Program-made: the position numbers and the translations under genes
Assembly (NCBI GenBank): GCA_048887225.1
Contig: JBHLJY010000004.1
Location: 64,001-128,000, forward strand
Source: Candidatus Hodarchaeota archaeon
Lineage (GTDB): Archaea; Asgardarchaeota; Lokiarchaeia; Sigyniarchaeales; SOKP01
DNA: 64,000 nucleotides
Reading direction: 5' to 3'
In this document: positions 50,787 to 60,427 of the stretch, piece by piece
Layout of the letters: the number at the start of each line of letters is the position of its first letter
How positions within the stretch are numbered: position 1 is the stretch's first letter
Notes under the pieces: model-generated
The model's input: only the letters and a program-made list of their open reading frames with translations
Databases searched by the model: none
What the model was told of the DNA's origin: nothing

Positions 50787-53700
50787 ATGCAAACGGAAAA
50801 AGAAGAGGACTTATTAGAAAAGGCGAAACTTGAGGAAAAAGCATACAATTGGTTAGAAGCGGCTAAATTATACGAGAATGTAATAAACTCTTTTATGAAA
50901 AAAAACCTGCTTGAAATGGTAGCTGAAACTTATAAGAGATTAGGACATGCCAACGCACGAGCTGCTGATAAAGCAGACACAGCAGAAAAATATGTTGAAA
51001 TTAATAAAAAAGCGATAAAAGGTTATAAAAATGCGGCAAAAATCTTTAAGGAAGTTGCGAATAAAACCGAAGAATTGGAATGCGAGGCGGAAGCAACCCT
51101 CGTCAGTGGTTTTATTAAGAGCTCTATTAACGAAGCTAAAAGGGTTTTTGAAATTTCCCGCGAACTTTTCACCCAAGCGAGAGCTCTCTTTTCTAAGAAG
51201 AAAAAACAAGATGAAGTTCTAAGGATCTCAATTCGTGAATTAATAGCAATTTATTATCAAACAACCTGTTGTAGCGAAGGAAAGCTAATTGAGCAATTTA
51301 TTAAAGAAGCGAATGAAATTATACCTTTAGATACGATTATTTCTAATTTTAATATTCAATCTATTGCCAAAATATTGGCTTTTAATGTTTTAATAAATTT
51401 GAATCGAAATTATATTATAGATTTTAAATATGATGAGAGTACTAAGAGATATGTTCAGCAGGTTCTTTCTCTTTTTCGCGAACTAAAAAATTTAAAGCTA
51501 ATTGAAGGATGTAAAGATCCTAAAACCCTTGGATTGATTTATTTTGCAATTGGTCTTTGTTATTGTCTTTTCGGATATCAATATATTGAAGACGAGAGGA
51601 AACAGAGAGAATATCTTGACAAGGGTCTAGACTTTCTTAAAAAAAGTGTAGATTTGATAAGAAAAACAGGGGATAAACCTTTAATAATATATATAATATT
51701 CTGGTTGGATTGGTTCCTTTTCTTTACTGGTAGATATAAAGATCTTCAAAAGAGAATAATTAAAGATATTGAAGAGGTTTTGATGTTTGGAAAGATACTT
51801 TCGGGATTATTTTCAATTGGGGGTATATATGCGAATTTTTTGCCTACAATGTATTATACTGGTATGTCAACGTTAAGAGTTTTCACTGCGCGCCAGACAT
51901 CGTCATATGCTAATAAGGCAATTAAATATGCGAAGAATTGCTTGAAAATTTCTAAAAATTTACCCTTTTCTGCGATGGTTTATTGGCCGCTAACCTATTC
52001 ATACTCTTCATTAATCTATCTCGCAAAAGAAAAGAAAAAACAGGATGAATACGCCATTAAAATGCTTCAATCCGCAGAACATGCTAAAAACTTAGCGAAA
52101 AATTATGAAGAAGGGAGTGTTGTATCATCAAGCAACACTTCTCTCTATAAGGCTTATAAAACTCTCGCAGATCTGGCTAAAAGCGATGAAGAAAGAATTA
52201 AAATGCTATCTATTGCTTTAGATGCAGCTGAGAAATATATTCAGCATCCTTGGGAGTCTCCATCCGGTATAATTGAAGGTCAAATGCGGATAGGGCTTCT
52301 TTACGAAAAAATTGGTGTTTTAAGTGGAAAAGACGATAACTTAATAAAGGCAAAAGAGTTATTTTTTAAAATTATTGAGGAAAGTCTTGAAAGAGGGTAT
52401 AAATCGTACGCCGCCACCGCCGCCGAATACATTGCACGCATAGAGGATCGATTAGGTAATCACACTGCTTCTTCAAAATATTACGAGAAAGCCCAAAATG
52501 CTTACGCAGAGTTGTTGAAAAATCTAAGATATAGACTCTTAAAAAAGCGTGTTAATGAAAAAATGGATTACGCGAAGGCTTGGAGCTTAATTGAAAATGC
52601 AAAAGTATTTCATAAGAGGGAAAACCATTTAAAAGCTAACGAGAGCTATAAAAAAGCGTTGGAAATTCTTAAACAACTTCAAAACTTCAATTACGAAGCA
52701 CCATATTACCATGCTTGGGCATCTCAAGAGGAAGCTGAACAACTTAGCAAGCTTGAAAAACACGATAAAGCCATCGAGCAATACGAAATGACCAAAAACA
52801 ACTTTAATAATGCAATAAAATCAATGGAAGATATTTCTAAAAAATTTAAAGATAAATTTGCTCTAGAAAGGATCGATAAACTTAAAAAAGTAGCCAATTT
52901 AAGAATTAAATATTGTTCAGCCAGGTTACACGTTGAAAAAGCAAGAATTTTAGGAAAACAAGGTGAACACTACGCAGCGGCAGAATTATTTGCCTCCGCA
53001 GCTTCTGAATTTAGATACGTTTGTAATCTCTTTAAACTAGAGAGAGAACGAGCTGAACTTGAAGCTGTATATTATCTCTGTAGAGCATGGGAAACTATGG
53101 AGCTTGCGGAAAAATACGAAGACCCTGAAAGATTCGCTGAAGCGGCAAATCTTTTCGTAAAAGCAAGTAAACTTTTTCTTGACAGTAAATTGAAGTTATT
53201 AGCATCGGGCAACTCCATTTTTTGTCAAGCATTAGAACTCGGATGTAAGTTTGACGAGGCTCAAGAATCTGAAATTAAAGCACAATTATATACAAAAATC
53301 CGTTCGATGCTAAGAAAGGCTGCTTCTTCTTATGAAAAAGGTGGTTTTGAAAATGGAGGTAATTGGGCTTTAGCAACATCAACATATTTTGATGCAGCGT
53401 GGTCGCTAATAAGAGCGGACGAAGAATTGGAGTTTAACCAAAGAAAAGAGCTTCTTGGAGTTGGATCTGAGTATTTGAAATCTGCTGCTGAACTATTTAG
53501 CAAAGCAGGCTATAAAGATAAGGAAAAAGAGGTTTTAAAGCGCTTGAACATGGTGGAGAAGGAAGAAAAAATCATATTCTCCGCCTTAAACTCTATCAAA
53601 AAACCTACCATATCTAGCAGTACCGTAGGCATAATTGCTCCTTCTTGTTCCTTAGAAACCAGTCAATCTCCTAGATTAAATGAAGTGCGTCAGTTCACAG

Positions 53701-54710
53701 AAGAAGAAAGACGAATTGCCGAGGAAAAAAGAGCAGAAATATATGAATGCGATACGAATCTTAATATTTTGCACGTATCAGATATTCAAGAAGGACGATT
53801 TGGCATAAAGGAAGACATTTTTGAAGTTAATAAGGTTTATCTTAATTTCTTATCGGATTTGAAGGATAAATTAGAAATCCTCCATAGAAAAAATAAAATC
53901 GATATCATAGTAATTTCGGGAGATTTAACAAGTATAGGAGCTAAAGAAGAATTCGATCATTTAACAAATGAGTTCCTCCCTATTTTGAATGATGTATTTC
54001 TAAAGGGCACAAATATAGTTCCAAAAGATAGATGGATTTTAGTGCCAGGAAATCACGACGTAGAATGGGAGAAGGGAGAGGCACGTTTTAATAATTTCAT
54101 TCAATTCTGTCAAGAAAATGGATTTCATCAGTATAAATTAAATAACCCTGAGTCAATTTATTCAAAAATCATTTGTAGAGATAAAATCTCAGAAAATACC
54201 TTAGGAATAATTGCATTAAATAGTTGTTTAGAAATTTTTGATGAGAATTCACCGAATATATCAAATATTTCAAATTCTTATTTCTCATCATTTTCGAAAG
54301 ATTGGGATAACCTTTTTAGAGAAATGCCTAAACTTATGGTATGTCATCATACTTTACATTCTATTAAAAAGGACAGGTTTAACCACGCATTAAATAAGCT
54401 TAGCGATAATAATGTGCTTTTAGCTTTAGCAGGAGATATTCATAAGTCAGAATCACATGCTGATGAAATAAGTAATATAAGATGTATTCCCGCCGGAACC
54501 ATTTTAGCAAAAAAAACAGAACGACAAGTAGGGATTGATGAGGTGTCGCGGCAATTTAATTTAGTTAATTTAAATCTACAAAGTGGGTATGTTAAGTGGT
54601 ATACCTATATTTTTGAAGGTACTTGGAGAGAAATTAAAAATGAATCCTTTTATCTTGAACACACTTCTTTTTCCTTAGATAAAAATGCATCTAAAAAAAA
54701 TAAATTATAA
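50787..54710 (+). CDS. Large TPR/SNAP-like helical-repeat protein with C-terminal calcineurin-like metallophosphoesterase
   Basis: About 970 aa of AA..YE.A helical repeats; LHVSDIQ, ISGDL, VPGNHD, CHH and GDIH MPE motifs. Confidence 0.85.
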   Translation: MQTEKEEDLLEKAKLEEKAYNWLEAAKLYENVINSFMKKNLLEMVAETYKRLGHANARAADKADTAEKYVEINKKAIKGYKNAAKIFKEVANKTEELECEAEATLVSGFIKSSINEAKRVFEISRELFTQARALFSKKKKQDEVLRISIRELIAIYYQTTCCSEGKLIEQFIKEANEIIPLDTIISNFNIQSIAKILAFNVLINLNRNYIIDFKYDESTKRYVQQVLSLFRELKNLKLIEGCKDPKTLGLIYFAIGLCYCLFGYQYIEDERKQREYLDKGLDFLKKSVDLIRKTGDKPLIIYIIFWLDWFLFFTGRYKDLQKRIIKDIEEVLMFGKILSGLFSIGGIYANFLPTMYYTGMSTLRVFTARQTSSYANKAIKYAKNCLKISKNLPFSAMVYWPLTYSYSSLIYLAKEKKKQDEYAIKMLQSAEHAKNLAKNYEEGSVVSSSNTSLYKAYKTLADLAKSDEERIKMLSIALDAAEKYIQHPWESPSGIIEGQMRIGLLYEKIGVLSGKDDNLIKAKELFFKIIEESLERGYKSYAATAAEYIARIEDRLGNHTASSKYYEKAQNAYAELLKNLRYRLLKKRVNEKMDYAKAWSLIENAKVFHKRENHLKANESYKKALEILKQLQNFNYEAPYYHAWASQEEAEQLSKLEKHDKAIEQYEMTKNNFNNAIKSMEDISKKFKDKFALERIDKLKKVANLRIKYCSARLHVEKARILGKQGEHYAAAELFASAASEFRYVCNLFKLERERAELEAVYYLCRAWETMELAEKYEDPERFAEAANLFVKASKLFLDSKLKLLASGNSIFCQALELGCKFDEAQESEIKAQLYTKIRSMLRKAASSYEKGGFENGGNWALATSTYFDAAWSLIRADEELEFNQRKELLGVGSEYLKSAAELFSKAGYKDKEKEVLKRLNMVEKEEKIIFSALNSIKKPTISSSTVGIIAPSCSLETSQSPRLNEVRQFTEEERRIAEEKRAEIYECDTNLNILHVSDIQEGRFGIKEDIFEVNKVYLNFLSDLKDKLEILHRKNKIDIIVISGDLTSIGAKEEFDHLTNEFLPILNDVFLKGTNIVPKDRWILVPGNHDVEWEKGEARFNNFIQFCQENGFHQYKLNNPESIYSKIICRDKISENTLGIIALNSCLEIFDENSPNISNISNSYFSSFSKDWDNLFREMPKLMVCHHTLHSIKKDRFNHALNKLSDNNVLLALAGDIHKSESHADEISNIRCIPAGTILAKKTERQVGIDEVSRQFNLVNLNLQSGYVKWYTYIFEGTWREIKNESFYLEHTSFSLDKNASKKNKL

Positions 54711-54796
54711 GATATAATCGCAATACAATTTATCCAAAGCACGAGATAGAAAGGAACCTATTTTGTTGGAAAAAAATGGAGATCTAAATTATATAA

Positions 54797-55900
54797 TCAT
54801 TTCCTTAGCGCCCAAATGTAGTCCCCTCTTTCCCTTAAGAATTCTGCTTTTTTAAAGGAGGTTGTAGCAATAAACTCCTGAAATTCCTTTTCGTCATAGA
54901 ATTTCGATTTAAGGCTAACTTCTAGATACTTATGCCATACTTCGAAAAACATAAATCGATCTGTCGGAGTAAACAGTGATGGAATCATGTGTTCGACAAC
55001 AATCAGAAGCCCCCCCTCTTTTAATATGGTATAAAGATCTTCGAGTATACCTCTTCGATAATTCTCGTCGGGATCCATTTCATGCAGTACTTGATTTAGC
55101 ATTGCTACATCAAATTTATTTTTATTTGAAGCAGCAAATTCATCTATTGGGATATGGAGTATTTCAATTCTATCACTCCATTTGTTTTTAGCGACTAATT
55201 CCTTTGTGTATGCAATCCCGAGTGGATCGATATCAATTCCAACTATTTTTGCTTTTTTATATTTTCTAGCCCAGAATTCGAGATTATACCCATAACCACA
55301 CCCAGCTTCCAGCAGAAGCCCCCCTTTACGTAAAATCCGTTTATGATCTTTAAAATGTTTGGAAAATAATCCCTCTATCTGTGGTGCGCTAGAAACCGAT
55401 GCACTCTGAGCCAGTTTATTATCCTCCGAAAATTCATGATATCCTTCAATAAAAGGCTTGAGCTCACCTGTATTAAACGATTTTTCCATTTTTTCTTGGA
55501 ATTTTAACCCTATATAAAATGTATTAAGGGTGCCGCCCATGTAAAACATGCTTTCTCGGTTAACAAGAATATCATAAACGTGTGGTGCCGTTTTTAAACT
55601 TCTATCACATGATTCATCTATTTCGAATATACCACATATAAGAGCCATATGGAGCCAAGCGTCTAAGTGTCTGTGATCTAACTGTAGTTTTTTGGCTAAT
55701 TCATCAAGAGTAAAGGTTATAGAATCTACTTCTCCAGTGGCGCTTAACGCTTTCCCTTTTTCGTAGAGATAATCAAAAATCCCCAATCGGCTACCCAAAG
55801 CATGCACGAGTACCGTTTGAAATCCTAGAGCGCCCTTGAGAATGAATTTTTTTAGTTGATCCCTAACTGTTGGTTGGGAATCTGGTTTAGTTGGGACCAT
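54797..55900 (-). CDS. Class I SAM-dependent methyltransferase with N-terminal wHTH (Rv2258c-like)
   Basis: LGSRLGIFD, LEAGCGYG, GIDID and LHEM motifs. Confidence 0.85.
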   Translation of the reverse strand: MVPTKPDSQPTVRDQLKKFILKGALGFQTVLVHALGSRLGIFDYLYEKGKALSATGEVDSITFTLDELAKKLQLDHRHLDAWLHMALICGIFEIDESCDRSLKTAPHVYDILVNRESMFYMGGTLNTFYIGLKFQEKMEKSFNTGELKPFIEGYHEFSEDNKLAQSASVSSAPQIEGLFSKHFKDHKRILRKGGLLLEAGCGYGYNLEFWARKYKKAKIVGIDIDPLGIAYTKELVAKNKWSDRIEILHIPIDEFAASNKNKFDVAMLNQVLHEMDPDENYRRGILEDLYTILKEGGLLIVVEHMIPSLFTPTDRFMFFEVWHKYLEVSLKSKFYDEKEFQEFIATTSFKKAEFLRERGDYIWALRK

Positions 55901-55925
55901 GTTTTTCCCTCGTTTTAAATTTCAC

Positions 55926-55939
55926 CCATAAATTTATGG
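55926..55939. promoter_or_regulatory. Palindrome CCATAAATTTATGG, putative operator upstream of the methyltransferase
   Basis: Same palindrome and same following AAAAATTGAC..GTATTTAAA context as at 47568. Confidence 0.6.
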
Positions 55940-56060
55940 ATTAATTAAAAAATTGACAAATTCGTATTTAAAGATTTAACAGGTTTTATATAGAAATAAT
56001 TTTTAATTATTTAATTATTGAATATTCTTAAAAAAGAAGAAATTTTTTTATACATTACAA

Positions 56061-56963
56061 ATGGAAAGTAAGTTAAAAAAATCTAAAAAAGATTTAATTA
56101 TTGGAAGCATTGTTATTATGCGCCCTGTCAATTGTCTTATGGGATCTCTCACAGTTATAATTGGTATTCTTAACACCCGTGCAGGTCTTCCGTTAGATAT
56201 CCTAATTATAAACATTATTTTAGGAGTCTTGACCTATTACTTTATTGCTGGCTCAGGTATGATTATAAACGATATATATGACTTACAAATTGACAAAATA
56301 AATAGACCTGAAAGACCAATCCCGAGTGGCTCAGTAAGCTTAACACAGGCTAAGGTATTATTCTTTTTAACGCTTGGTATAGGCATAATGATATCGATTA
56401 TTCACAGCCTAATCTTTTCATTAGGCATTTTTAACATAACCTTAGCAATTTTCTTTGGTTTTATTGGGTGGCTTTATTCCGCTTGGGGGAAAAAGCAAGG
56501 TTTTATTGGCAATATTATCGTTAGCATTTCATTTTCTATAGGGCTTATTTACGGAGCAATCTTAAATAGTTCAATCATTCCCATTTATATCTATTACTTC
56601 TTTTTGACTTCATTTTTCTTATTACTCTCCCGTGAAATTGTTAAAGGTTGCGAAGATATTGAAGGTGATAAGACAAAAGGGGTAAAAACTTTAGCGATTA
56701 AACTTGGAACTAAAAAAGCAATTGTTATATCTATAATATTTGAAATTTTGGCAATATTATTTTTTATTTTACCTCTTTTCACAGATATTATTAATCCAAT
56801 CTTATTTATGATTTTAATGATCTTTGGATTGCTAGTCGTAGGATTCGCGTTAATTTTATCACTGCGCAAAACTTTAGAAAGGAAAGATTTTAAAAAAATA
56901 AGCTTAATTTTAAAGGTAGGAGCATTCCTTGGATTAATTGCTTTTATTTTTGCGAGTATTTAA
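56061..56963 (+). CDS. UbiA-family prenyltransferase, probable DGGGP synthase
   Basis: RPVNC, NDIYDLQIDKINRPERPIPSG and REIVKGCEDIEGD motifs. Confidence 0.88.
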   Translation: MESKLKKSKKDLIIGSIVIMRPVNCLMGSLTVIIGILNTRAGLPLDILIINIILGVLTYYFIAGSGMIINDIYDLQIDKINRPERPIPSGSVSLTQAKVLFFLTLGIGIMISIIHSLIFSLGIFNITLAIFFGFIGWLYSAWGKKQGFIGNIIVSISFSIGLIYGAILNSSIIPIYIYYFFLTSFFLLLSREIVKGCEDIEGDKTKGVKTLAIKLGTKKAIVISIIFEILAILFFILPLFTDIINPILFMILMIFGLLVVGFALILSLRKTLERKDFKKISLILKVGAFLGLIAFIFASI

Positions 56964-58398
56964 TAACTTTTAAATTCACTTTTTTTAATATTTTTAAAAT
57001 TTCGCTAATTTCTTTTTTGTCGATTAATGATTTTAACTTATTCTTATATTCGGCATCTATACCAACAATTGGAAAAGTTTCAATTAATTTTTTTGCTTGA
57101 GTTAGACCTAGATATTTTCTAGTATATTCTGCTTTTGAATATTTATATGTTGTTAAAAATTCACTATCTAATTCCTTCCTAAAATGTTCTAAAATAAAAT
57201 TGAAATAGTTCTTTAATAATAATTGATCTTCAATTGAAATTTGAGGTTCTAAAAATATTTGAATAGGATGGGTACGGTAAGTATTAGAAGACACATAAAT
57301 CCCTTTTACGTCAAAATCGTCTGCTATTATACCAAGCCCAACTCGGCCTTCAATTGAACCTTTATCTACAGTTTGAACATACAATATATTTGATTCGATT
57401 TTTTTATTTAAAGCATCATTTATTTGGAGATTTAATCGTTTATATTCGTTATTTTTATAATTATTAGCATCAATCACAGAGATTTGATTAATTCCTTTAT
57501 TTTCTGATACTTCTTCTTTTAATAAATAATATTTTACTTTTAGTGGATTCCGAGTTTGATAATTCTCAAGAAACTCGTCAAATTCAGAACCGGCACGATA
57601 TTTGAATTTTGGATTTAATATATAATTTTTAGAGCTAATTTCATCTCGATACTTAATTTTTACACCCTTAAATTTTATAGGCTCAGCTCTCGGGACTTCT
57701 TTTCTTTTAAAAAAACCAATGCATATATTTGTCCCTGTGAATTCAAATATTTTTGTTTCGAATATAATCATTTTAAGAATTTCATAATATTTTAAAAAAT
57801 CTTGACGAAATTTATTAGAGACTGACGCTCCAAATAAAAAGTTAGAGGGAATAATATATATTAGGTTTTCAACTTTATTTCTTAAATCGTTAATTATGGC
57901 AATTTGATATAAATCTTGATAACCATTATTTTTGCCTTTGAAGTATTTTAGATATTTTTGAGTTTCTTTATGCTTTCTAATATATCCTAGATATAGGTAA
58001 GGAGGATTTGTAATATGGAAAATCGGAAATTCTCTGTTTTTCAAAAATTTAGGAAAGTTTTCCAAATTATCTCGGACTTTTATATTTTTTCTTGCGAGTT
58101 CAATAGGGATCCCGTATGATATAGCGTTATTAATACATTTTTGTACCATCTCTGGTTGTATATCAAATAGATAAATATGTTTTTTGAAATAATCTACCCT
58201 CTCTTCTGGTGATATTTCGTTTAAAATAGGTAAAACTAAATTCCCTTCACCAGCGTAAAGATCTACCCAAGCATATTTTCTTAATTTCTCTTTTATTTCT
58301 GGAAAAATATATTTTATAAGAATATCTATTGATGTTAAATGAACACCAAATGTTCTTCTTTCTTTTTTATCTTTAATTAAATTGCTTTTATCAACCAT
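56944..58398 (-). CDS. N6-adenine DNA methyltransferase (orphan)
   Basis: DLYAGEGNL motif I; ITNPPY motif IV; IIPSNFL. Confidence 0.8.
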   Translation of the reverse strand: MVDKSNLIKDKKERRTFGVHLTSIDILIKYIFPEIKEKLRKYAWVDLYAGEGNLVLPILNEISPEERVDYFKKHIYLFDIQPEMVQKCINNAISYGIPIELARKNIKVRDNLENFPKFLKNREFPIFHITNPPYLYLGYIRKHKETQKYLKYFKGKNNGYQDLYQIAIINDLRNKVENLIYIIPSNFLFGASVSNKFRQDFLKYYEILKMIIFETKIFEFTGTNICIGFFKRKEVPRAEPIKFKGVKIKYRDEISSKNYILNPKFKYRAGSEFDEFLENYQTRNPLKVKYYLLKEEVSENKGINQISVIDANNYKNNEYKRLNLQINDALNKKIESNILYVQTVDKGSIEGRVGLGIIADDFDVKGIYVSSNTYRTHPIQIFLEPQISIEDQLLLKNYFNFILEHFRKELDSEFLTTYKYSKAEYTRKYLGLTQAKKLIETFPIVGIDAEYKNKLKSLIDKKEISEILKILKKVNLKVIKYSQK

Positions 58399-58467
58399 TT
58401 AGATAGAATTAGCTATTTCTAATAATACAAGTATTTTAGGCAATTTAAGCAAAACTAAAAATTATCT

Positions 58468-59406
58468 TTATATTCCCTTACGAATATACTTTAATTTATG
58501 ATTTTGAGGAATTTCAGCTCGAAATGATTTAATAATCGTTAATGCATCAATTAATTTCTCGTATTCTTCATAAGAGAGGCTATCGAAAAGTAAAATTCCT
58601 TCTCCTTCTTTAAAGGGCTCGGTATTAAACCATATATCATAATTTCCATTGGATTCTTCAATCTCAAAAGATTTTAAACCTTTTAAATTTAATATTGCTA
58701 TTTCCCCTTTTAACTGGAAAATATTTTTAGGGATTTTCGAAAAATCGTAAACTTTATTTAAAATACTATACGAAATAATTTTTTTCTCAGTAATTACGTA
58801 TCTTATTTCGTAATTTTTAAGCTCGATTTCTTTCTCAGCATCTATATTTTTAAATCTTCCTTTATATTTCTTGTTCTTTGATAATGTCTTAATCCAATCT
58901 TTTTTTAATTCTATATTTAAGCTTTTAATCCATAGTATTTTATCCTCTGCGTCTAGAAGATTTTTGATTTCATCTAATTTTGAAATCTTTATAATATCTT
59001 CAGGCTCAGCAAATAATTTTTCCTCTTCCAACTTTTCTCGTTCACGATTTCGAAGATATCGCATATCCGATAATCTTTCTGTCATTTCAATTGATTCTAA
59101 ACCAAAAGCATTTAAAAATTCTTCCTGTTCATCACCCTGATCAACAGGTACTACCTTACAATAAGGTAATCCTTGGTATTTTAATTCAGATTGAACTTTA
59201 GTAGCTGTTTTAGAGCCAATAAATCGTTTTCTGACATTTGCTCTAACACCTTTCCATAGATATATTCTTTTTAAGTCTGTTCTTACTATGATAAATGCTT
59301 TATCAGGATGAAAATAATCTCCTAAATATTCTTGTTGAAATTCGAGCTTTTTTCGATCTCCTGACTCTTCTATTTCATAAACAATGAATTTATGTAGTTC
59401 AGACAT
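58468..59406 (-). CDS. Single-gelsolin-domain protein with C-terminal extension (Asgard gelsolin-like)
   Basis: FHPDKAFII..RIYLWKG..ANVRKRF.....A and VDQGDEQEEFL match the gelsolin-repeat pattern. Confidence 0.72.
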   Translation of the reverse strand: MSELHKFIVYEIEESGDRKKLEFQQEYLGDYFHPDKAFIIVRTDLKRIYLWKGVRANVRKRFIGSKTATKVQSELKYQGLPYCKVVPVDQGDEQEEFLNAFGLESIEMTERLSDMRYLRNREREKLEEEKLFAEPEDIIKISKLDEIKNLLDAEDKILWIKSLNIELKKDWIKTLSKNKKYKGRFKNIDAEKEIELKNYEIRYVITEKKIISYSILNKVYDFSKIPKNIFQLKGEIAILNLKGLKSFEIEESNGNYDIWFNTEPFKEGEGILLFDSLSYEEYEKLIDALTIIKSFRAEIPQNHKLKYIRKGI

Positions 59407-59585
59407 ACTCTTTTCAAATATATGAGAATTGCATAAATATTCTTCAGATATTATTTTAATGAATATATTTTATGTAAATAAAAATTTTCTTAATTCGCAC
59501 ACTTAAACATTAATTTAGTTTTTATTTTAATTATATAATCTCAAATTTTTTTAACTAGACACTAATAATATTCTTTAGATTTAAC

Positions 59586-60416
59586 ATGAATTTGCCAAAA
59601 AATCTTGAACTTAAACTATATAATCTTATCTCTTTTCTAAAAAATAAGAAAATAATTGTTGCTTTCTCAGGAGGCGTAGATAGTTCACTTCTGTCTTATC
59701 TTTCAAAAAAATACGCAAAAGATACTCTACTTATAACTGAGCGTTCAATTCTATACCCTGAAGAAGAACTTGAATTATCAAAGTTATTTGCTAAAAAGCA
59801 TAATATCTCTCATATGATTATAGAACAAAATCCCCTAAATGATGAAAAATTTAAATTAAATCCAATTAATCGTTGCTATATTTGTAAAAAAGGACTTTAT
59901 AATGAAATTATTAAAATTAAAAATAACCAACATTTTGATATAATTTTAGATGGATCAAACTTAGATGACTTAAACGATTATCGTCCGGGCATGCAGGCCT
60001 TAGAAGAATTAGGTATTTTTACCCCTTATATCGAATTTAAAATTAATAAACAAGAAATTAGAGAAATAAGTAAATTCTTTGGTTTAGATGTTCAATCCAA
60101 ACCTTCAATGGCATGCTATTCTTCTCGGATACCGTACAATCAAATCATAAGCGAGAAAAAATTAGATTTAATTAGAGAAAGTGAAAGATTTCTAAAACAA
60201 ACTTTTAATTTAAAGCAATTGAGAGTAAGACTTCACGATGAAAATTTAGCACGTATAGAATTCTTAAAATCCGATTTACCTAGAATTTTAACCGATGTAA
60301 ATCTACAAAAAATAAAAAATAAATTCAAAGAACTTGGTTTTTATTACATAACAATTGATATAGAAGGTTTTCGCAGTGGCTCTATGAATGAAGTATTATG
60401 TCTTAAACAAGACTAA
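59586..60416 (+). CDS. larE: ATP-dependent sacrificial sulfur transferase LarE-like (TIGR00268)
   Basis: AFSGGVDSS, RCYICKK, DGSNLDD..DYRPG, ACYSSRIPY and GFRSGSMN motifs. Confidence 0.88.
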   Translation: MNLPKNLELKLYNLISFLKNKKIIVAFSGGVDSSLLSYLSKKYAKDTLLITERSILYPEEELELSKLFAKKHNISHMIIEQNPLNDEKFKLNPINRCYICKKGLYNEIIKIKNNQHFDIILDGSNLDDLNDYRPGMQALEELGIFTPYIEFKINKQEIREISKFFGLDVQSKPSMACYSSRIPYNQIISEKKLDLIRESERFLKQTFNLKQLRVRLHDENLARIEFLKSDLPRILTDVNLQKIKNKFKELGFYYITIDIEGFRSGSMNEVLCLKQD

Positions 60417-60427
60417 ACTTTAGGGTT

